DNA of 62,949 nt, counting the filler, from Phoronis australis (Eukaryota; Animalia; Phoronida): the NCBI GenBank assembly GCA_002633005.1. It is 3 parts of 3 records of this genome, joined end to end, with 100 filler letters (N's around TTAATTAATTAA, not from the genome) between each part and the next. Parts side by side here need not be neighbours in the genome. Positions count along the whole stretch, not along the records: positions 1 to 24,651 come from NMRA01001146.1; 2 more parts are not named here. One strand, given 5' to 3'. The notes beneath the pieces are model-generated. The model had not been told where the DNA came from. It saw only the letters and a list, made by a program, of their open reading frames with translations, and did no database searches. Positions 1 through 11,630 of this stretch are shown here, one piece after another; position 1 is the stretch's first letter, and the number at the start of each line of letters is the position of its first letter. The translations under genes were made by a program, and so were the position numbers.

Positions 1-934
1 GCTATACCTACAACCAACGGCCCTTTTAAGGGCCACTCAACACTTCCCAGAAGAACTGCTCACTTGAGAATGTTGATTTATCAACACGCTTTCGTAGTTT
101 TCTCAGTAGGCCTATGTGAACCGTAAATCAAAAACTGTCCGATAACTATGCTGCTATTGGGCAAGCAGACGACATAGAGGGTCGGAACCGAAGTTTGAAT
201 TTTGAAATTAATTACCAGTAGCATTGCCAAAAGTACTCACAATACCAACACTTCTACTATTGAAAGACTTTGAAAAGCGTTTCAATACCGAAATTAATAT
301 AAATTAATGTTTTTTTCGCTGTTTTGGACAGTAAAGTAGATGCAGGTATTTCTCGTCAAATTACACTGACCGGAAACTGCAGCAGATAGGTGAGGAGAGT
401 TCAACTCAGCTCGTAAGAATATGCCGGAGTTGCGAATCTGTTGTCTATAATCTATGCTGCCACTGTGTACAGCCCATAGTAAAAGTTAGTTCCCCAACCT
501 CACACATGCATGACAAAATAGTTTGAACTGCCACCACATAACTCACAATCACTTGATAAAAACAATTAAGATGGCTCCACGGAAACTTGAAACTTGACAA
601 TGTCATTGGGCATGAGCTGTCTTACAACATCTCTTGTGGAACATTTTTATTGCCCATATTAACAGAGCTTATCATTATTTTACTTATTTTTATTTACTAT
701 CTGTTACTTGTAACTGTATTAGTCATAATAAGTGACCTTATATTGCCTACTATGGTCTCCTTTTCATCTCTGGTAACGAGCTTTTAACGCACCTATCACT
801 CATATATCATTCAGGACAAATGTCGACCATGAATGTAGAATAGCCATGGCAGAACAACACGACTCACTGGCACTCACTACAGCCTGTACTACAAGAGTTA
901 ACATTGACTGGAAAATATGGTAAATGAAGCTTAC

Positions 935-976
935 CAGCAACTTGGCAACCTGGGGAGTTGGGTTCAACATCTTGTG
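935..976 (-). CDS. TNFR cytoplasmic micro-exon A' (AQDVEPNSPGCQVA), 42 nt; gene continues beyond the window start
   Basis: ttattgtag| acceptor and G|gtaagc donor; phase 1-1; same length and similar flanks as exon A; no stop codon reached in the window. Confidence 0.68.
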
Positions 977-1160
977 CTACAATAAATCACCAAACATTTG
1001 AAATCTAATGGCAGTGATGCTTGCAGACAAGTTATGGAAAAACAAAAAACAGCCACAGTAGTCGAAATCGTCTGAAATTTTTTTCCACTGGAACAGAAAT
1101 TGTTGATTTCCATAATCATTAGTGAAGTTGTTTGACTGAGAGAAAGAGGTGGACATACAA

Positions 1161-1280
1161 ATGGCCAGTAGGTGGTGCTAAATACATCAAATCCATACTA
1201 ATGGCCAGTAGGTGGTGCTAAATACATCAAATCCATACTAATGGCCAGTAGGTGGTGCTAAATACATCAAATCCATACTA
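1161..1280. repeat. ~40-bp tandem repeat, 3 copies
   Basis: atggccagtaggtggtgctaaatacatcaaatccatacta repeated three times. Confidence 0.9.
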
Positions 1281-1451
1281 AAACCGAATGGAGGTGTTGC
1301 CTCCTTAATCGATACCTATCTGCAAATGTTTATGAAAATCCAGAAGCAAACATTAAAAAAGTGCCACTGGGGACTCACCACTTGCTGGATCCATCCGACA
1401 ATGTGCGCATGACTTCCCAACTATCTTAGGAATAAATATACCAGTGTTTAC

Positions 1452-2744
1452 AACAAGAGCAAAGCGGAGCATTGAAATGTGCCCGCGAGTGCACCGCAAA
1501 CAGGGTGCTTCTAGGGTTGTTCAGTTGTATCATAAAAATGGCCACTAGATGACGCAAAACATCCAATCCATCAGAAAATGGGAACATGCCATCGCTTCTT
1601 TAATTAAAAGCTATTTACCAAATTCAATAAAAATCTGTCATGGAACTTCAGAGAAACAAAGGAAAACGGAAAAAAATTAAATTGCCACTAGGGGTTAAGC
1701 GTTCGCTGGATCAGCCTGCAAGTCGACGTCTATTGTTAACTTAATATAAATACACTTACTAAATTTAATAAAAATCCTGCAGTGCATTTAGGAGATATAG
1801 GTATGAGTGGAAAACCAAACTACCACTATAAGGCACCACAGTAGTCGGAGTCGTCATCGCCAATGTCCTCTTTACTCTGAGCTTCGGAACATGTACGCCA
1901 ATTTCAAAATCATCCTAAGAATGGTTTGGTGAACGCCAAAAAACATACTAAAAACAGCAAAAATAGCCACAAGGTGGCGCAAAATATCTTGATTCCATCC
2001 AAAAACGGAGGATAGCGTCATCTAACCAATAGATGCTTATATTCCAAACTTTATGAAAATCTGTTGAGAACCTTTGAAGATACAGAGATGAACATAAAAA
2101 ACAAAAAAATGCCACTAGGGGGCAAACCGGTAATCAGATCTGTCCGAAAGTCATAGTCATCCGTTGTTAACATCACATAAATACACTTGCTAAATTTAGT
2201 AATTTTAAGAACCTGCAAATGGTTAAGGAGATACAGACATGGGCACAAAAAAACACAAAAGTGCCACCAGGAGGCGCCAAAGAAGACAAACACGTCGGAA
2301 AATCATCGTGAGTCATCCTCTTCATATGCCAATTTTCACAATGATCATTCTTGGAGCGGTTTGATTGATAGAGGTCTGGATGCCAAAAAACAGACTCGAA
2401 AACAGTAAAAACGGCCAATAGGTGGCATAAACTACGTCAAATCAATTCGAAAATAGAATCATAAGCGCCATCTCACTAATAGATGCCTATATACCAAATT
2501 TAAAGGAAATATGTTGGGTACCTTAAAAGGCACTGAGGTAAACGGAAAAACTAAAATTGCCACCAGGGGGCACACCGGTACTCGGATCCGACCAAAAGTT
2601 CACTCGTGCCATCCCATCTATGAAAGGAACACATTTCCAAAATTTCATGAACATACGTCAAATGGTTTTGGAGAGAGAGCAGCGGACGCCGGATGGGAAT
2701 GATGACATAATGAATCCACGTACAAATATGTGGGCGCATAAAAA
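1452..2744 (+). mobile_element. Helentron/HINE-like non-autonomous element with internal degenerate tandem units
   Basis: Starts AACAAGAGC, ends GGGCGCATAAAAA, and repeats GCCACTAG-containing units internally. Homologous along its length to 55795-57612 (opposite strand) and to a decayed copy at ~8070-8960. Family assignment is by terminal structure only. Confidence 0.6.
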
Positions 2745-2860
2745 TCATTAATACCACATGGATTTTGTAGATGCACAACAATGACACATAAATTACATAC
2801 TACCAATCATAAAACGACGCTTCTTCATTACGTCAATGATATCATGAAAATGCCACTTAC

Positions 2861-2893
2861 CATTTTGAACTATATTCCCATTTGACGGAGGAT
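2861..2893 (-). CDS. TNFR cytoplasmic micro-exon B' (DPPSNGNIVQN), 33 nt
   Basis: Same gactattttcag| acceptor and caaaatg|gtaagtg donor as exon B; phase 1-1, open frame. Confidence 0.7.
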
Positions 2894-3214
2894 CTGAAAA
2901 TAGTCAGAGTTACATTAGAAAGAGTAACAAAGTTAGAAAACGGAACACGGAACTCACCGCGAAGCAAAAACCATTTCTACCCTCCACAAAACAACACCAT
3001 GCACTCCAAAAATTTATGCCAAGCACAAAAAAAAACAATCTTATCTATAACCACACACATATATCACAAGTGATACCTTACAATAGGAAATGGAAATCTT
3101 TGGCAACAGTGATTTTAAATTAGTTCAATGGAATAACAAATGTACAGTTATAATTATTCATCTCAGAGATCACAGTCGGTTTGGGTTACAATATTTATTT
3201 AACAAGTTATAGAC

Positions 3215-3301
3215 CGTGGTGTGATTCTTAAGGTGCTGTGTGGTGTGATTGCTAGGGTGCTGTGTGGTTTGATTCTTAGGGTGCTGTGTGGTGGGATTCT
3301 T
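3215..3301. repeat. 21-bp minisatellite, ~4 copies
   Basis: gtggtgtgattcttagggtgct-like units. Confidence 0.8.
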
Positions 3302-5299
3302 GAAGGAGCGTGTTTTTTATGCCATCTACAGTGACGATTTATCAATAAAACACATTGTAATAAAATATCAATAGCCGATAACAAGAAATCACAGAAACTA
3401 CACCACGCATTCTGTGCTAAAATAGAACCTAGTAAGACAGCCACTGTGTACAGCCCATAGTAAAAGTTAGTTCCCCAACCTCACACATGCATGACAAAAT
3501 AGTTTGAACTGCCACCACATAACTCACAATCACTTGATAAAAAACAATTAAGATGGTTCCACGGAAACTTGACTATGTGACATTGTCAGAAAAAAACCTT
3601 GCTTCACTTCTGACGAGTGTCACAGCAGACGTTACGCTATGCGCATACAATCAGAAAACTCAAACGCATGCGCACCTGCAACAAATTAATTTCGTCTATA
3701 GGCCGCTTGGATTGATGAAACAAGAATCGACGAAATTGGATTGACTTCATGAAACGGGGCTGAATTCACAATATGATATGATAGACGAAACAGAATCAAT
3801 TTAACAGCACTGAATTCACAAAACAGGTTAGAATAAACAAGACAGCATTGAATTCACGATATGGAATCGACGAGTGTGTATTGAATTGATGTAATAGCAT
3901 TGAATGCACAAGATAGGATTGAATTATCGTGTAATTGGCATTGAGTTCATTAAATGGAATTTAATACAAAATTTGATGTTTTTTTGCATAAACGGATGCC
4001 CATACAGAAGTCCACAGACTACTCTCAATTAGGTGTGTCACAACTTTACCTTATCACGCACAATGCAACAGGTTGTATGAAAAGTACAAATGCCACCCAA
4101 AAAACAACCCATTTTTTATCAATTTAGGTCGAGTAGTTCTACTCGATAACGGCATGTTCGGTTGCGTTACCTGACACCTGACGGCAGACGGATGTGTTGA
4201 AATTATCCAATGACGTAATTGGTTTCACATGCAGTCGGTTCAGCAGTTCACAACACGGGTTACTGGTGTCAGGTTATCGCTTAAATTCATCGTTTAACAC
4301 CAATAAATAATCAAACTTCGATGTAAAACCCTTAAAAATACACCAAGTTCTTATAAAAACGTGTTACGGATTTACTGGTATTTGGACACACCGTAACCCA
4401 CAAAAATCAGCAGGTCAATTTACCAAGGTCCATAGCAGGAGTTTGGGGTCTGTTCGGAGATAAATTCGAAGTATTCTTCCGTGAAATACAGACAGGAAAA
4501 CCTAGACCTGTGTTGTTTAGACTTATGATTTTTTGAGTTCTAAACACACAACACGATTATTATCCCGACCAGTAGCTTGGAACCCGATCAGGCCCGTCAC
4601 GGCCGCCGTGACTGGCACGAACATAAATCAGCTTGAGTTGGAAACTACACCTCCAGTCACGAAAAGACTATAATAGTGAGGCAAAGAAATAATGGGAATT
4701 AGCCACGAAACTGAAAATCTACTTACTTGTCGGGGGACGCGAAGTCGGGTTCCCCTTCCACAGGGCCGTCACGGCAAAGGTTGTACAGTAAGAATGATTT
4801 GAATAATGTATTTGTATTTCTGAATAAAGATTCCCCCAACATGTGACCATAGATATAAAATCGAGTAATTGTTTCACAACATCTTTCTGTCAGCAGCAAA
4901 CACTGTAGCATCATGCGCTCACGACACGGCCTCGGTGCCTGGTCAACTACCTTTATTGCCGGCACCAAAAGCCGGTAAAGCAGTGGTTTATTCATTACAT
5001 GGCTTCTCAACATTTGCACTCACGAATACTGCAAAGGCATTACAAATTGTATCTAATGAGACAGACTTTGTTTTAGTTTTATACAAGCATTGGTTAGGAT
5101 GATAATAATTCATTTTGAAACAGAACGCAGAATAATAAATGTCTACATGGCAACTCACCCAGCACCAATTCCGACATAGTTAGTCATGAGCTCATCCGAC
5201 GAAGACTTCACGGATCGGATCATTAGGTTTCATAGGCTATCAATTCGTACCGGAATACACTGATCAAGAAATACTAGAGAGGCGCCGTGAACATGCACA

Positions 5300-5723
5300 G
5301 GCAACAAACGTATGGATAGTTCTTTGGTAAGCCGGAATTCGTCAGAGTAATCACCGTCGACGAAATGCCGGCCACAGACACGGAGATGTTTCACGGCCTT
5401 ATACTTGCTATTAGCAGCGTACCTATCAATCTTCACTACCGCGAACCACTTCCTAAGCATTTCGGGCTCTCGAGGAAGTCGAAAAAAATGATGTACCCGC
5501 TTTCTTCGCTGCTTCATAGTTCAGACAAGCGGGAACAATGCACCGCGATATAGCGGCATTTCCTCTGCAGACGAACCACTGACGTCACTGCGTCGTTTCT
5601 CAACTTCCTCACAGGATAACGCGACACCTCTCGGGAAGGTGAGGTCCACCATATAAAAGGCGATGTGTATATAGACTGATTAAGACGGTAAAAAAGACTA
5701 ATTAAATCGTGTGGCATTCTCCT
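5300..5723 (-). mobile_element. Kolobok-like DNA transposon end carrying a frameshifted THAP-domain gene
   Basis: Minus strand, allowing frameshifts, reads RCIVPACLNY...SFFRLPREPEMLRKWFAVVK...LRVCGRHF (THAP C2CH). Terminus reads TTAA|AGGAGAATGCC at 5727-5713. Confidence 0.65.
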
Positions 5724-6151
5724 TTAAATCAAATGTTAAAACGCATGGTAGGTGAACAACCCCGCCAGTGGGATAGGTTCATTGAGCCTTTGTTATCAGG
5801 GAACCTCCCATAGATGGCATAGGATGGTTTTCTTCATTTGAGGTCCTTTATGGTCGGGTTGTCAGAGGTCCCATGACAATTTTGCGTGAATTATGAACAA
5901 GTGAGGCAGTTGAAGAAGAAGTGCGAGACACTTACAAATATGTCCTTGACTTTCATAAGAAGTTGCAGGAAACCTGCAAGATCACCTCCGAGGCATTGTT
6001 AAAGGCCCAACAAACGTAAAAGGCCGATTACAATAAGTCAACAAAATTGCAATAACTGAAGCCAGATGATGAAGCTCTAAAAATTCTACTGCCGAGAGAG
6101 CACAACAAATGAAACGGAAAGATCCATTTCCAATCAAGGAACTATTGTGTT
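5724..6151 (+). mobile_element. Degenerate Gypsy (Gmr1-type) integrase C-terminal fragment
   Basis: Translates, with stops and frameshifts, to MLKRMVGEQPRQWDRFIEP...FEVLYGRVVRGPMTILREL...YVLDFHKKLQETC...ILLP...(G)PF. Confidence 0.85.
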
Positions 6152-6818
6152 NNNNNNNNNNNNNNNNNNNNNNNNNNNNNNNNNNNNNNNNNNNNNNNNN
6201 NNNNNNNNNNNNNNNNNNNNNNNNNNNNNNNNNNNNNNNNNNNNNNNNNNNNNNNNNNNNNNNNNNNNNNNNNNNNNNNNNNNNNNNNNNNNNNNNNNNN
6301 NNNNNNNNNNNNNNNNNNNNNNNNNNNNNNNNNNNNNNNNNNNNNNNNNNNNNNNNNNNNNNNNNNNNNNNNNNNNNNNNNNNNNNNNNNNNNNNNNNNN
6401 NNNNNNNNNNNNNNNNNNNNNNNNNNNNNNNNNNNNNTCGTGTTCTCTCACTTGTAAATCACCAATCTCAATTTGAATGCGGGTATCGTGTCGTCGGGAT
6501 CCTTTGACTTGAGCATTATACTCAGTTACTATTGGTAACCTACTTTGGCAGATATTTCCCAGTCGAAGCTTAGCTTGATAATATGTGTAGTAAGCTATAA
6601 TAGTTGCTAAACCTTAATTTATAGATTCACTTTATTTCTATTTTGTTTAAATTTTCAATTGGTTTTGAGTAAAAGCATTATTTGACAAAAATAGCTCGGC
6701 TTTTCTTAAAAGGTCACGAACTCCGACCCCGGGCCTCTGACATAGAAAGTAGTTACAAAGCCGAGGCGAGTCAAGAAAGGTAGATCGATTCATTGCAATG
6801 TTTCTCGTTCAGTATGTG

Positions 6819-6970
6819 GTATAGATTATTACATGTTCTGAGTCGTTATCCACCTTATCTAGAGCCCTCGTGGATTTTGTAGAATTATCACCCTCGGGGC
6901 GATAATTCTCCAAAATCCACTCGGGCTCTACATAACGGGGGATAACGACTTCGCCAGGTAATAATCTATA
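6819..6970. mobile_element. Palindromic (fold-back) MITE nested in the Gypsy remnant
   Basis: tatagattattac...gtcgttatcc...tagagccc...gtggatttt mirrored by aaaatccac...gggctcta...ggataacgac...gtaataatctata. Confidence 0.7.
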
Positions 6971-7421
6971 TTAATCTTAAATGGGGTCAAGAACAACCTA
7001 AAGCACTTGAGGCAATCAAGCATGAGCTGCGCAAGGGGCCAGTTTTGAAACTTTCTAAGACGGAGGAAACCTTATATTTGCAAACGCTTCAGACGTTGGT
7101 TTGGTTGCTTGCCTCATGCAGAAGTACAAAGGGGCATTATTTCCTTTAGCATATGCTAGTAAGAAGTTAAGTGAATGCAAACAGAGTTATTTCGTTATGG
7201 AACGTGAGTGCATGGCAATCATTTGGGCAATCAATAAGTTTAGAGTCTACCTTTATGGGAAAGAATTTTTGCTGCAGACAGACCATCAGTCACTGTCGTA
7301 TTTTCACAAAGCCAAAGTTACTAATCAGAAGATTATGAGGTGGGCCATGTCCTTGCAAATATTTTGCTTCAGAGTGGAATACATTACAGGTGAGAGCAAT
7401 GTTGGGGCAGATTTCTTCAGT
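6971..7421 (+). mobile_element. Degenerate Gypsy RT-connection/RNase H fragment
   Basis: PLAYASKKLS...ERECMAIIWAINKFRVYLYGKEFLLQTDHQSL...RWAMSLQ...NVGADFFS is the Ty3/Gypsy RNase H motif set. Confidence 0.9.
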
Positions 7422-7428
7422 CACTTAC

Positions 7429-7461
7429 CATTTTGAGCGATAGTCCCATCTGTTGGAGGAC
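7429..7461 (-). CDS. TNFR cytoplasmic micro-exon B (GPPTDGTIAQN), 33 nt
   Basis: gactattttcag| acceptor and G|gtaagtg donor; phase 1-1; paralogous to 2861-2893. Confidence 0.7.
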
Positions 7462-7470
7462 CTGAAAATA

Positions 7471-7680
7471 GTCAACAGTATGCACCAGCTACTCATGGAT
7501 GACAACAGTATGCACCAACTATTCACTGATGACAACAGTATGCACCAACTATTCACTGATGACAACAGTATGCACCAGCTACTCATGGATGACAACAGTA
7601 TGCACCAACTATTCACTAATGACAACAGTATGCACCAGCTATCCATTGATGACAACAGTATGCACCAGTTATTCATGGAT
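7471..7680. repeat. 30-bp minisatellite, 7 copies, in the intron between TNFR micro-exons A and B
   Basis: gacaacagtatgcacca(g/a)cta(c/t)tca(tg/ct)gat units in exact 30-nt register. Confidence 0.95.
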
Positions 7681-7756
7681 AGCAATTAGGGAAATATATG
7701 TAGCCTGTACTACAAAACTTAACATTTATTTTGGAAAAATGGTAAATGGAGCTTAC

Positions 7757-7798
7757 CAGCCCTTTCGTCGCCTATTAGGCCAAGTTCAACACCTTCAG
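7757..7798 (-). CDS. TNFR cytoplasmic micro-exon A (AEGVELGLIGDERA), 42 nt
   Basis: ttattgcag| acceptor and G|gtaagc donor; phase 1-1, open frame; paralogous to 935-976 including flanking intron. Confidence 0.7.
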
Positions 7799-9421
7799 CT
7801 GCAATAAATTCAAAAACTTTTGTTACAGGGTTTAATAACAAATTTTAAAATACTTTCCCTGTGGTGGTCTCCACAAAAGTAACAATGAACCTAACATTTG
7901 TTTCAGCCATGAATATTGCCAGATCATCACCTTATGACACATTATAAACATCTCGCACTCAGTATCACAGATAAGAACGATTTGCAAATGCTGACATTAA
8001 CCTCAGGTCAACTGTTAATACACCAGCACACGGGTACCTAAGTACCGCAACATGTGGATAATAAATAACATAACAGCAACACAGAGACTTGAAATGCACC
8101 CACCACTGCACCAAGAATGGTGTGCTTCTAGGTGTGTGTTATTAGAATAACAAGAATATGTCTAAACTATCCAAAAATGGGTAGGGTATCTCTCCAGTAA
8201 ACTGGTAAATTTCATAAAAATCTGTCCAGGAACTTCAATGGCACAGGAGCAGACACGAAAAAAACAAATTGCCATAGAGAGGCACAGTGTTACACTGTAG
8301 ATCTGTCGATCTGGTTGTCAAGTTAATAATGTATACACTTGCCTAATTTCCAAAAAGATCTTGCAATGGGTTTAAATGAGATACTGCAGCAAATGCAAAA
8401 AGTGCCACTGGGTGGCACCACAGTCGTTGGACCTTTATGAAAATTTATGTCTGCTGCGTGCTTGTAAATTTTGACAATTCCTTTGAGCGGTTGGCAGATA
8501 CAGATACAGACATTAAAAAAAGACTAGAAAATCATGCAAATGGCCACTTTGTCGAATCCATCCCAAAATGGAATCCTGCTGTCGTGTTTATAATAGAAAT
8601 TTGTTTGCCAAATTTCATGAAAACTGTCAATGACTTCTTGAGATAGAAAGACAAGCATATAAATTAAAATTGCCACACTCAGAGCCATCCAAAGACTATG
8701 AGCATTCGATGCACAAAAAATCACAAAGAACCTGCCAAAGATTACTGAGATAAGCCGTGGACAAAAAAAAAGACAGAATCAAGAGGTGCCACATTTGCCA
8801 GACTCGTCAAAAAAAAACACCATAAGCTATAGTCTTCTGATCAGAAACACACACTAAGTTTTATAATGCCAATTTTCATAATGATGCTTTGAGTGGTTTG
8901 GCAGAGGAGGATGACGCCAAAAAATGGACTCAAATCAGTCCAAAAATGAGAATGCGTCATCATATATGCCATAAGCAGAAATACTGGCTTTATTATCAGT
9001 TGATGTCAAATACAGTTACACAAAGTATGTTATAAAACATATAACTTTTTACAGATAAGTGTAAAATAGTCTTTGTATCTGGATTTCAGTTCATTTTGGT
9101 AATGTCCAAAATTACATAACAGAAAACCACTGTCAAATCCTAAATCAATGACAAACATCAAAAATTTTGTTATTTACTGTGCACCATGACTTAGTAAAAC
9201 AATTGTTCACATAATAATTATCTTCCATGGTGCTTCTATATTTACTGGCAGCTCCAGCTAGCACACATTCTTTAATAGTTCCACAATGCCTTGTAAACTG
9301 TATGGACTAGATGCTAGTAAGTATAAAAGGAAATTCAGCACATTTCCCACTTCCTTATTGACTTAGAAACATCCTATACAAAGTCACGCATTCATTGCAG
9401 ACTGGCACACTTTGCACTAAC

Positions 9422-9456
9422 CTTCTGCCTGTTCTTCATCGCCACAGCAGGGAAGT
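9422..9456 (-). CDS. TNFR gene exon 6, juxtamembrane (RLPCCGDEEQAE)
   Basis: ttttag| acceptor and |gttagt donor; 35 nt, phase 2-1, matching the TM exon upstream and phase-1 micro-exons downstream; CC pair near the membrane. Confidence 0.7.
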
Positions 9457-10483
9457 CTAAAATTATAAAATTTATCACATCAAGTTAGATGTCATCCTGA
9501 CCCATTATTGTGAAGAATTGTTCTTCATGAATGACTTTAAAGCTGAGCACTGAGAAGTCATATTTGAGACGTGAAATAAATGTAATGATGTCTAACTACA
9601 GGACTCGTGAGCAATGATAGCTAGTCCATGTTGCTAGGCAGAGTAAATATTTTCTGCCTTGATCTTCGCTGATTTAGTGCTTCAAAACGTTGATAATTCT
9701 GAAGATACTGATAAATTCCGCATGATTTTTTCAAAAACAAGTAAATGTTAAAAAACAGTAACTGTTGAAAATCTGTATGTAGTGATTTTAGGCCTTAAAA
9801 GTACATAGAATACAAAAAAATCCATTACAGTTAACAACTCCGCTTTCATACTTTAACAATGGCAGGTGCATGTCAAATGATTGCTATTGTTTCATCACAC
9901 CGTTTTTGGTCAATGCTGCATAAATATTCGGCCTGCTTATGGCTGGCTAAAAAAAACGAAAATCAAATAAGGTCTTTTACTCCCACAGAATCAGTCCCAT
10001 AATATCCCTTACTGTGGTCAGATTCCATACCAATTCTAGTGGCAGACCATGCCTGCGAGCATCATGTTCAAACTTGCAATTTTAGGATTGCCCAACACTT
10101 ATAAAACCTGAAGCCTTATCTCGAGTCGTTATTGGTTTTGATGATCTTGTTACTAATGGAAACAGAATACTATTAAGAATATTACACAGATTTTGTGAAA
10201 GCAAAGGCCTTCTTTGATTTTAGCCACCTAACCAGGGCAAATTGCAGCTTAAAACCAAATGTCTGCAAGGCTAACCAAAGGGCATGGCAAGAAAATGTTA
10301 CAAATTCTCAGTAACCAAGCCTTACAGTAGTTATGACCTTGCGCAGTGCAAATAAGCTTTAATAATTTTATTCTTGTGACATAGATACTGATGGTTGAAT
10401 CATGGACCAATTTGTAGAAGTGAGCATACAATGTTATGGTGCTGAGATAGCAAGAATTTACTTTTAAGCACATATTTTCAAAC

Positions 10484-10595
10484 CTGATGTTTCTTCTGGT
10501 GACCAGCAAAACCACGCCAGCTATAAACAATATGGCAAATAGGGTGCCCACAACGCTGCCAACTATTATGCCAGTACTTGAGCTTCCATCACTAC
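10484..10595 (-). CDS. TNFR gene exon 5, transmembrane helix (GSDGSSSTGIIVGSVVGTLFAILFIAGVVLLVTRRNI)
   Basis: gtttcag| acceptor and AG|gtttga donor; 112 nt, phase 1-2; ~23 hydrophobic residues followed by an RR stop-transfer signal. Confidence 0.85.
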
Positions 10596-11459
10596 CTGAA
10601 ACCATGAATTTAGATATTGTAAACAGTTAATTCCGACTTTTACTTCAAACTGTCAGTTTCCAGAAATCTGACTAAAATTACCCTATATGAGCACTAGCAG
10701 ATTTTTGCTTATATGCCTACATCTTAAATTTTGCATTTCTTAAAAACAATTTTGACCATTTTTGGGACATGAGCGCATGGACACATTAACTTAACTTACC
10801 AATTGCTATCACTTAAATACATGTGTATCTTAATTTGTGTGTTCTCTGTTCAATTTTTGTCCATTCCCAGGATGTTTCATTCAAATATTAATACCTGTCA
10901 ACATCTCACATTTTGTAACAAATAGGGTTGGGTACAAGTATGTTGAAATCGTTATGGAACCAATACTGCTGCTTAAGATACTGACACACTTTCCATACCG
11001 ATACCATCAGTTGAAGGTAAACTTGCAATACATTACTAGACTAGACCATAAAATTTGATGGGGTATGCCTCTTAGAGAGCTGGTAATAAAGTTAAACTAG
11101 GTTTTTTTACTGAATATTTGCGAACTTGACTTTGACTACACGATTGGCACATAAAACATAGCTGACTTATAAAAATAAAGCATGAAAATATTAGATCAGC
11201 CACACTGCCAGTTTTCAAGGCATCGATTTTGCCAAGTACTTTTTGTTTCGATGCTACATCAGTATTCTATAATCTTTATGTCGGTATTCCATGCACCAGA
11301 GGCACTGGCACACGGTGTCCAACTTCAGTCGAGTTTCAATTACATTATATTACAAAAATAATCTCCTTTGGTTAGTTTGTGCTAGTGCGTCACATATAAA
11401 CCCTGTTCATGCTGACAGGAGGCGCGTTCCAAAACTAGGCTCGCTACGATAGCTCTGGT

Positions 11460-11630
11460 GGCTTATCCGCGTAGTTGTACTCCGCGTTGCTCGAACAGCT
11501 AGAAAAAATACGGACACTCTGTTTTACAATCCCTAAGGACGTTGGGATTCGGAAGCGTTGGGTCCTTGCCATACGCCTCGACAAAGGAAAATATGTCCGT
11601 GTTTTCGAATCATAATTTGTCGCATCTCAG
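11460..11630 (+). pseudogene. Degenerate THAP-domain fragment (DNA-transposon remnant)
   Basis: SCTPRCSNS* ... IPKDVGIRKRWVLAIRLDKGK, with a stop and a frameshift; matches the THAP PxDxxxRxxWxxAIR motif. Confidence 0.6.

Noticed and set aside
7425-7807. Repetitive ORFs, or a CRISPR-like array, at the 30-bp repeat
   Set aside because: Units are contiguous with no unique spacers, there are no cas genes, and the context is a eukaryotic intron. The ORFs are open only because the unit length is a multiple of 3.
9245-9298. Possible extra TNFR exon between 9422 and 7798
   Set aside because: In the required phase 1 it hits a TAA early, and the donor is weak.
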